DNA of 64,000 bases from Macrostomum lignano (taxonomy: Eukaryota): NCBI GenBank assembly GCA_002269645.1, contig NIVC01001021.1, positions 124,001 to 188,000 of the forward strand, given 5' to 3'. The notes beneath the pieces were generated by a model that was not told the origin of the DNA, made no database searches, and saw only the letters and a list, made by a program, of their open reading frames with translations. Shown piece after piece: positions 55,767 to 64,000 of this stretch. Within the stretch, counting starts at the first letter, position 1. Every line of letters begins with the position of its first letter. The translations under genes and the position numbers were made by a program.

Positions 55767-57932
55767 TCACCGGCCGCTGCAGACGTCTAGCTGGGGCATG
55801 TACAACCGCGGCATCTCCGGCGCCTGTTGCTGCAGCTGGTGATGAAACTGGTAGTGCTGGTGCTGCTGCAGCTGCTGCAGCTGCTGATGATGATGCTGCA
55901 GGTTGGAGTAGGGCGGATAAGCCGGAATTCGCTCCAGAATCCGAGTCAGCTGACCAGGCAGGTGCGGCTCGCGCCAAGCGCACAGCGTAGCCTCCTCGGT
56001 GCGCTTCATCAGCGCGGCTTTGGGGGTCTCACCCCGACGATTCAGGGCGTACATTCCGTCTGCTCCGCTCGGGTAGGTGCGAAACACTTCGTCTAAGGTG
56101 CTGTCTATGGTTTTGGGACTGGCCTTGGACATGGCGAAGTGCAAGTGGTTGCACCTGTCTGCCAAACTGCCGCACAGGTGGTGCAGCTGGGCTCCGTAAG
56201 AGATTAGCACGGATATAAGGTTAGAGTACTGCTCGGTGAGTAGGCAGATGGAGAGCGGAGTCTGGGGGTTTGGGACGAGAGATATTTCGTTGCTTTATCA
56301 TTCGTCTTAATGTCACTCCGTCTCAATGTCACTCCATCTCAATGTCACTCTCAATGTCACTCCGTCTCAATGTCACTCCGTCTCAATGTCACTCCGTCTC
56401 AATGTCACTCCGTCTCAATGTCACTCCGTCTCAATGTCACTCCGTCTCAATGTCACTCCGTCTCAATGTCACTCCGTCTCAATGTCACTCCGTCTCAATG
56501 TCACTCCGTCTCAATGTCACTCCGTCTCAATGTCACTCCGTCTCAATGTCACTCCGTCTCAATGTCACTCCGTCTCAATGTCACTCCGTCTCAATGTCAC
56601 TCCGTCTCAATGTCACTCCGTCTCAATGTCACTCCGTCTCAATGTCACTCCGTCTCAATGTCACTCCGTCTCAATGTCACTCCGTCTCAATGTCACTCCG
56701 TCTCAATGTCACTCCGTCTCAATGTCACTCCGTCTCAATGTCACTCCGTCTCAATGTCACTCCGTCTCAATGTCACTCCGTCTCAATGTCACTCCGTCTC
56801 AATGTCACTCCGTCTCAATGTCACTCCGTCTCAATGTCACTCCGTCTCAATGTCACTCCGTCTCAATGTCACTCCGTCTCAATGTCACTCCGTCTCAATG
56901 TCACTCCGTCTCAATGTCACTCCGTCTCAATGTCACTCCGTCTCAATGTCACTCCGTCTCAATGTCACTCCATCTCAGTGCCAGTCTCATTCTGACATAC
57001 TGACATAAATTCACAATGTCACTCCATCACAGCGTCAGTACGATGCCATGTCACTCACGCAGCCGCAGCGGTTGGCCAGATTGATGTAGCTGCCCAAGTA
57101 ACCAACCGAGGCCAGGTCAGACAGAAGTCGGCACAGAGCGTCAGCCGTCAGCGCAGGCTTAGATCGACTTTCGGGCGACTCTAACAGCCGATGAATTGGC
57201 CTGGTTGTTGATAAATTTATTGAAGCATGAAATTTTCACTCTACAGTTGCCAATTCTTTGGCATTTTAATCATCGGTAATGTCACTTCATCTAGATGTCA
57301 CTCTATCCAGATGTCACTTCATTAAGATATCACTCCATCCAGATGTCACTTTATACAGATGTCACTCTTTAAGATGTCACTCTCCATCCAGATATCACTC
57401 TATCCAGATGTCACTCTATACAGACGTCACTCTATCTAGATGTCACTCTATCCAGATGTCACTCTATCCAGATGTCACTCTATCAAGATGTCACTCTATC
57501 CAGATGTCACTCTATCAAGATGTCACTCTATCCAGATGTCACTCTATCCAGATGTCACTCTATCAAGATGTCACTCTATCCAGATGTCACTCCATCCAGA
57601 TGTCACTCTATCCAGATGTCACCTGATGGTGTTCTATCAGTATGTCACTCAGATGTCACTGTTTAGACTTGTAAGCTTCAATTCAGTGCCAAGCTATGCT
57701 CACTCTGACCCAACACTCACGTGTTCAGCGTGTCCTGATCGATGGCAAACTCTGCAGGCCTTCGCATCTGCAGGTGCAGCCGCAGCCGCTCCCGCGTCAA
57801 CTCCTGGCACGAGCCGGAGACCCTCTGCTGCTGGTGCCCCGGCTCACTGCAGTCGCCGTTCGTCCCCAGCTGCTTGAAATTCAAGGCGCTGCACCGCTGT
57901 GAACCTCTTGTAGAAGCTGACGCTGCTGACAT
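55767..57932 (-). CDS. Small ankyrin-repeat protein (~282 aa) with Gln/His-rich tail; exons 57932-57721, 57200-57059, 56261-55767
   Basis: Joined in frame via GTGAGT donors and CAG acceptors: ...LNTPIHRLL...YINLANRCGCTPLSICLL...LISYGA...LNRRGETP. The ATG at 57932 is preceded by an in-frame stop. Confidence 0.75.
56308..56975. repeat. 16-bp intronic minisatellite (AATGTCACTCCGTCTC)
   Basis: About 41 nearly perfect copies. Confidence 0.97.
57278..57662. repeat. 16-bp intronic minisatellite (GATGTCACTCTATCCA)
   Basis: Read directly from the sequence; related to the previous array. Confidence 0.9.
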
Positions 57933-58529
57933 GATTCAATAGTAGATTTTGGAATCTTTCCTGCTGCATTCGAAGCGATCCCGGCTGCTTTGATCCGCTA
58001 CATAACACAGAGTCGGAGCGGTATCACGTGACTAAGATTGCCCCAGCCAATGAGAGTCTGGCCCTCATCCTCCAGCATCCTTATTATTATTAGTAATGTG
58101 CGCAGAAAGTGTTTACAAACTAAACTCCACTGCCATTCGCAAATTTAGTCTAAGCAGGAAAAGTTAGAAGCTTCCGATTCCATGCGCCAGACAGATTCAG
58201 GAAATTGAAAAGCTGATTGATAAAAATAGTAGCAAAAATTGTTTCTGGACAAGAATTGTTTACAGGGACTGAACAATTATGACTGAGTTTGGTAGCTGAG
58301 TTTACATTGTCAGTCGTTCATCGCTTGCCGCTCCAACTGACACAAACAGCATTGGTAGGCAGAGCTGCATTCTGCCATGTCCTTAAGTAGCATTTCAGGT
58401 AGAAATTTCTAAATAAGGAAATAAAATGGAGCGAAATATGGAATATAAGCTTGCCCGATCGATACAGAACTGGTGTACATGTGCATATAGAAAGAAGCAA
58501 TGCAGGAAGAGCTGCTGCAGGAATTACCG

Positions 58530-59075
58530 GTAGTGGAAGAACCGGTGATAGAGGAGCCGGTGATATAGGAATCGGTGATAGAGGAACCGGTGATAGAGGA
58601 GCCGGTGATAGAGGAGCCGGTGATAGAGGAGCCGGTGATAGAGGAGCCGGTGATAGAGGAGCCGGTGATAGAGGAGCCGGTGATAGAGGAGCCGGTGATG
58701 GAGGAGCCGGTGATAGAGGAGCCGGTGATAGAGGAGCCGGTGATAGAGGAGCCGGTGATAGAGGAGCCGGTGATAGAAGAACCAGTAATAGAGGAACCGG
58801 TGGTTGGACAGGTGATAGAATTGGTGATAATGATGGTAGCAAGAACCTGTAAAGGAAGAACCGGTAGAGGAAGAAACGGGTAGAAGAAGGACCGGTAGAG
58901 GAAGAACCGGTAGAGGAAGAACTGGTAGAGGAAGAACCGGGGAAGGAAGAACCGGTAGAGGAAGAACCGGTAGAGGAAGAACCGGTAGAGGAAGAACCGG
59001 TAGAGGAAGAACCAGTGAAGGAAGTACCGGGGAAGGAAGAACCGGTAGAGGAAGAACTGGGGAAGGAAGAACCGG
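58530..59075. repeat. 15-bp repeats (GAGGAGCCGGTGATA, then GAGGAAGAACCGGTA)
   Basis: Read directly from the sequence. Confidence 0.92.
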
Positions 59076-60059
59076 TGCGATGTGACAATATTGCATTTGG
59101 GACGCTCCGTTTAACAACCGATTTGTAAATAAAGAAATTTGAAAGTGCACCCTACTATCAGTAGAGCAAGGTGTGTATGAATTCAAAATGGACAGATTCT
59201 GAAAAACATCTCTGGCATACCTCTAGCTGCAAGATGCGCGAGAGAACTATTTTTCAGTAGCAAAAAAACTGTTGCTAATTTTTGAGAAGCATCTGCTACC
59301 CATTCGGGGAGTAGTGGAGTTGCAGAGGATCCGCGGGAACTCTTCAGAAAGATGCGCTTTGCTTGCTGACGACAGGAAGCGAAAGAGAAGAGCTCCGGGC
59401 CGAGTCGGAGTAGCCAGGTGAAGGCAGTGGATTAGGCGAATCGAGTGGCTGGAGTGATTGATGCTGGCTGCAGGTGTATCAAATTCCTTTCTTTTTGCCC
59501 CCTGAAGAGTGTCGAAGCAATTTTCTCTCAGCATCCCAGCATCTAATCTGCATCTGTTCCTGGGCGGAAACTTTGAGAGCTCAAACTGAATAAGGGATTG
59601 GGGATGTTTTCCGCCACACCTGCTCTAGCAGAGTAGCTGACAGGCGCCTTGCAGCAAATCCCTGTTCCTTTGCCTGTGCTGCGATCTCTCTGATCTCTCT
59701 CTGATCTATCCGTCTCAAGGAGAAGCTGTTTTCTCTTTCACAGCCGTCACTAAAGCAATCTGCAGTGACTGAGCTGGGGCGTGATTTTTTGCTCTAAGGT
59801 GACGCGGCAGCTGCGTTGATTAGGAGAATCCCCTCACCCACGGTTGACTAGGAAGCTGCATCCTACATTAGTAGATCCCCACGGCGGTTTCCAAGAAAGC
59901 CAGGACTCTAAGAGACTATAGCTCCCAGAAAGCATTCTACAGTATTGACAGAAAAAGAACTTTTTTGTCGTAGAGATCTGGAAAAGCTGTACTATGCCGA
60001 AAATATGGAATGATTGATCTCCTTGGATAGATAGAATAAAGCTAAGACGGACAAAATAT

Positions 60060-60512
60060 AGATAGAGTGGGAGAGAGATACAACGGGAGAGAAAAATAAC
60101 AAGAGGGAGATAAAACGGGATAGAGATAGAACAGATCGGGAGGGAGATGGAACGGGAGGGAGATAGAACGGGAGGGAGATAGAACGGGAGAGAGATAGAA
60201 CGGGAGGGAGATAGAACGGGAGGGAGATAGAACGGGAAAGAGATAGAACGGGAGGGAGATGGAACGGGAGGGAGATAGAACGGGAGGGAGATAGAACGGG
60301 AGGGAGATAGAACGGGAGGGAGATAGAACGGGAGATAGATAGAACGGGAGGTAGATGGAACGGGAGGGAGATAGAACGGAGGGAGATAGAACGGAGGGAG
60401 ATAGAACGGAAGGAGATAGAACGGAGGGAGATAGAACGGGAGGGAGATAGAACGGAGGGAGATAAAACGGGAGGGAGATAGAACGGGAGGGAGATAGAAC
60501 GGCAGGGAGATA
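60060..60512. repeat. 16-17-bp purine-rich repeat (GATAGAACGGGAGGGA)
   Basis: Read directly from the sequence. Confidence 0.9.
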
Positions 60513-61153
60513 AGACTAGTGAGAGATATAACGAGAGGACAGAGACTAATTGTGGGAGATTTTCAAAACGGGAGAGTGGAAATCAGACAAAAGACAGAAA
60601 CACAGAAATAGAACACTGAGGATGATGGACAGAAGAGACGACAGGGAAATTTATGGAAGAAAGTTATACAGAAATAGGAGGAGTTTGAAACAGAGCAAAG
60701 ATTGACAGGTTTAGAGAATGAACAGAAAAATCGCTGAAAAAAGCAAGGCAAAAATAGCAATCTGCTCGTACAAAAAGTAGTCAAAAAGAGCAGCCTGGGA
60801 CCACTATCGAATTTCTAAAGCACAACCGCTGGCTTCAAAAATATGCAGCAATGGAGACTGAACTGCATTTGGAGTGGCGCTGTCGTCAACAGCAGATATT
60901 TATGAGCATAGCCCATACAAGCTCAAGTCCATAGCCTCAATCAGAGTCAGTAATCGCACTCGATCCCTGGCTGCTAGGGGGATGCTAGGGTGGAGCAATC
61001 TGTCACGCAAAGACCATCTGTCCCTGCGCTGTTCTGTCTCTGCCCGCCAGGGAGTATCACAGATAGTTATCTGGAGTGACAATATAACATTACTATAGAA
61101 TTATCATTACAGAAATGAAGGCCAACACCAACATATAAGTAAATTATTATTAT

Positions 61154-61192
61154 AGCCAACGCGTTTCGACACAAGCGGTCATCTTCAGGGCT
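61154..61192 (-). ncRNA. Minimal type I hammerhead ribozyme motif (Penelope-like-element type)
   Basis: Minus strand: AGCC-CUGAAGA-U-GAC-cgcuugu-GUC-GAAA-CGC-GUU-GGCU. Full catalytic core, stem I AGCC/GGCU, stem II GAC/GUC, palindromic CGCG stem III. Confidence 0.75.
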
Positions 61193-61600
61193 TGCACTCA
61201 TGATTCACAATTCTTTATCGTTCAAGCTTGTCTCGGTTCATCGAGTGCATCCTCTTGTACTCCGTCCAAAAGTATTGGAGCAAGACTTGCTGATTCATAA
61301 TTAGCCATCTCAACTTTTCTGTTGATACGAAAAGATGGAGACCCTCTAGTCAGGCAGATTTCTCTGGATTCAACATTCTCTGGACGTAGAAAGCAGACCA
61401 GAATGGTAAAAAAGTCTGCATCGTCCCTATCCAGATTAAAATGAACTTTAGTCTATGGCTTCACTCTCTATCCATCAGCGAATCAAAAACAGGCTTGACC
61501 ATAGACAATCTCTACTCAACTGCGACACCCAGCCTATCGCAAATAAACCAATTGCATTGTCACATTGTCACATAGAGTCACAGGTTAATTTGGGTCGCAG
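61193..61600 (-). mobile_element. Probable decayed Penelope-like element 3' end
   Basis: Lies directly upstream of the hammerhead. Weak GIY-YIG C-terminal-like translation (LEGLHL...LIMNQQ) with stops. Confidence 0.35.
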
Positions 61601-61816
61601 AATTAGAAACTAAAGGTGCTAAACGATTTGTTGGACTGGATATTCGTGCTCACTGGCCTGGTGGACTTTAGTTTTCTGTGCTTGACATGAACCAACGCTC
61701 TACCATACCAGTTTTCAGCCTTTTGATAGTGAATGTCTAAGGCCAAAATACTCTCGATTCAGCCAGAGCCATACTGCCGAGACTGTCTATGGCAAATTCT
61801 TTGCTTGGCTTAAGTA

Positions 61817-63092
61817 TTAGGGTGAGCCAAAAGTTTCCGGAATTTTTTAGAATCGAACTTTTAGTTAATTTTTGTCTATGAAGAAGCTTAAAAGCAGCAA
61901 CCATCTACTATGCTGTTGGCCAGCCTTATCATCACTCTTTAGCTTTACATCGCTCAGTTCCCCAGACCCTGCCTACTTAAGCCAGCAAACGCATCCAATG
62001 GAACTGCCAAGAACTGAATGGCGAGCAATTCTGCTCAACCACTTTCATGCGGGACGCAACGCAGCAGAGGCACATCGCGAGTTGTTGCAGCTGATGGGCT
62101 CACATGAACCCTCCAAGTCGTCGGTGTACGACTGGTTCTCTCGCTTTGCTGAGGAGAACTATGAGCTGAAGGACAAGCCGAGGTCAGGCCGACCCCCTGC
62201 TGTTGATGGCGATGCCGTTCTCCAAGCCCTTGAGGACAATCCGGACTACAGCCTGCGCAAGCTGTCAGCCGCTACTGGGGTGTCCTATGGCACGGTCCGG
62301 CGGAGCCTGCATACTGTGGACAAGGTGCCAAAGAAGCCAACTCTGGTGCCCCATAAGCTGACACCTCAGCAGCTGAGAGCCAGGGTGGATGTGACAACTT
62401 CGAATCTTCGCCAGGCCGGTTCGCCAAACTTTCTCAAGTCGATAATCGCTCAAGACGAGAAGTGGGTCTGCTATGAGAACCCAAGCACATCAGCTGTCTG
62501 GGTCGATGCTTCTGAAGAACCACCCAGCTGCCCAATGCGGAACCCCCACTGCGGCAAGGAGCTGCTCTCTTTCTGGTTCTGCTCGTCTGGCCCTGTTTTC
62601 TGGGAGGTCATCCCGCATGGCATGGCTGTGAACGGGGAGGTGATCTGCAGCGAATTGGAGCAGGTCGCCCGTGTGCTGCGATCCGTGTGCCCGGGGCACC
62701 GCGACAAGGTGCTCCTCTTCGACAATGCGCGGCCTCACAAAGCAAGACTCACCCAGGCCAAGCTGGCAAGCCTGGGCTTCAGTGTTTTGCCCCACCCAAC
62801 ATACTCGCCAGACCTCTCGCCATGCGACTACCATGTGTTCAGGTCTCTCCAGAGCTTTTGTGATGGACAGCGGTTTGCCAACAAGCAACATGTGGAGCAG
62901 GCAGTGCAGAAATGGATAGATTCAAGGCCTGCGAGCTTCTGGAGGGAGGGGATTGAGGCATTGCCAGGTAGATGGGAGAGGGTCAGGGCCTTGAATGGCA
63001 ACAACATCACATCGCTGTAAACTGTTTGTTCTTGACACTATTTGTTATAGTTTTAAATTGTTCAAATTCCGGAAACTTTTGGCTCACCCGAA
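61817..63092 (+). mobile_element. Full-length mariner DNA transposon (1276 bp), 29-bp TIRs, TA TSD
   Basis: TIRs at 61817-61845 and 63064-63092 (1 mismatch); TA at 61815-61816 and 63093-63094. Confidence 0.97.
61998..63020 (+). CDS. Mariner transposase, 340 aa, DD34D
   Basis: WFSRF and PRSGRP HTH region, VPHKL, QDEKW, FDNARPH, YSPDLSPCDY. 34 residues separate the 2nd and 3rd Asp. Confidence 0.95.
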   Translation: MELPRTEWRAILLNHFHAGRNAAEAHRELLQLMGSHEPSKSSVYDWFSRFAEENYELKDKPRSGRPPAVDGDAVLQALEDNPDYSLRKLSAATGVSYGTVRRSLHTVDKVPKKPTLVPHKLTPQQLRARVDVTTSNLRQAGSPNFLKSIIAQDEKWVCYENPSTSAVWVDASEEPPSCPMRNPHCGKELLSFWFCSSGPVFWEVIPHGMAVNGEVICSELEQVARVLRSVCPGHRDKVLLFDNARPHKARLTQAKLASLGFSVLPHPTYSPDLSPCDYHVFRSLQSFCDGQRFANKQHVEQAVQKWIDSRPASFWREGIEALPGRWERVRALNGNNITSL

Positions 63093-63094
63093 TA

Positions 63095-63365
63095 ATAATA
63101 ATTATCTTAACTAATTACACCTGCCTTAATGGCCAGATATGCAACCGACAGCTCAGCCGCAGCTATTGCGCGGCGCATCTGAAGGCTGCGTACGGCTGTT
63201 CAGTCCAAACTGGGGGGTCGCCACACACACCCTCAATTACCCCAGCTAATGCTGGCACCCATTTTACAGCTGGGTGAACTGAAGCAATGCAGAGTTAAGT
63301 GTCTTGCTCAAGGACACAAATTGTTACGAGTGGGATAGAGAATCGAACTTCCGACCTTTTAAGGA
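63095..63365 (-). mobile_element. Second copy of the CORE-type SINE with (ATT)n tail
   Basis: Reverse complement of 45770-45985, retaining CCCAGCTGTAAAATGGG, which is deleted in the first copy. Confidence 0.85.
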
Positions 63366-64000
63366 CTGGCTTGGAACACGATCGGTACAGCATGTATCAG
63401 ATTTACAGCGTATTTTAAATCAGCTCTCCTGGGTGCAGGTGCAAAAGCCAGTCCTTGAAAATAAGCAGAAGTTGTTAGAAACAAGAGATAGCACCTGTTC
63501 CTGACTGTACGAGCCGATAATCCGATGCTACAGATGCTGTCTCTGACCATTTTCAGTCAGTTGTGCAAAGCTTACTTCTTCTTAATTTCAAGGGCTATAG
63601 ATTCTGTAGCCAGTGGTTGAATCAAATGTAGTTTTGAACTGATAAAATTTCACAGATTTTTTAGTATGCAACGCACCTCGAGCTCAGAGCATACTTGTAC
63701 CGAACAGGAACTAATTAAAATAGTTAAAAAGACTTTAATGTCAAACAATTTTTTTTACCTTTTTCCCTTTTCACACTTTTCAAACTGTCATAAGCGCACT
63801 AAAATGAAATTTTGATATCGTGAATTCGTCAACCTTGCTAATGGAGCCGCCAAACCAGATCTTTACATAGGCGTCCCTGTTCGTGCTTTCCTTTATTCGA
63901 TCTCGTCCCCTTCTTATTTGATAAAATTCTGCAACAAATCTGCTTCAGGACCCTGGGATTGTTGTGCGTATTTTTCATTCCCGTCAGTCCTTTGCAAAGT

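Overview
Eukaryotic (animal) genomic window. Compact GC-rich exons, short GT-AG introns and dense minisatellites suggest a free-living flatworm such as Macrostomum, but this is inference only. Host genes: a multi-exon single-pass membrane protein with CUB-like and C-type-lectin-like parts, a small RFamide-type neuropeptide precursor, an ankyrin/SOCS-box (ASB-like) gene, a DEG/ENaC channel and a small ankyrin protein. Mobile elements: (1) a young, nearly intact Ty3/Gypsy LTR retrotransposon (709-bp LTRs, GTTA target-site duplication, -1 frameshift signal, unexplained third ORF), nested in the 3' LTR of an older decayed LTR element; (2) a full-length Ingi/I-group non-LTR retrotransposon; (3) an intact DD34D mariner; (4) CORE-type SINEs; (5) a Penelope-like remnant with a minimal hammerhead ribozyme; (6) Gag and THAP remnants. 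About a quarter of the window (~17 kb by hand count) is tandem repeat, which explains most very long ORFs in the track. The most striking system is the non-LTR element at 19701-24460. It begins exactly with an HDV-like ribozyme fold, has a ubiquitin-tail-like LRLRGG leader and a PHD finger inserted inside its APE endonuclease. It sits, with two copies of a second CAA-tailed unit, inside a CAG/CAA tract that looks like a host polyQ exon.
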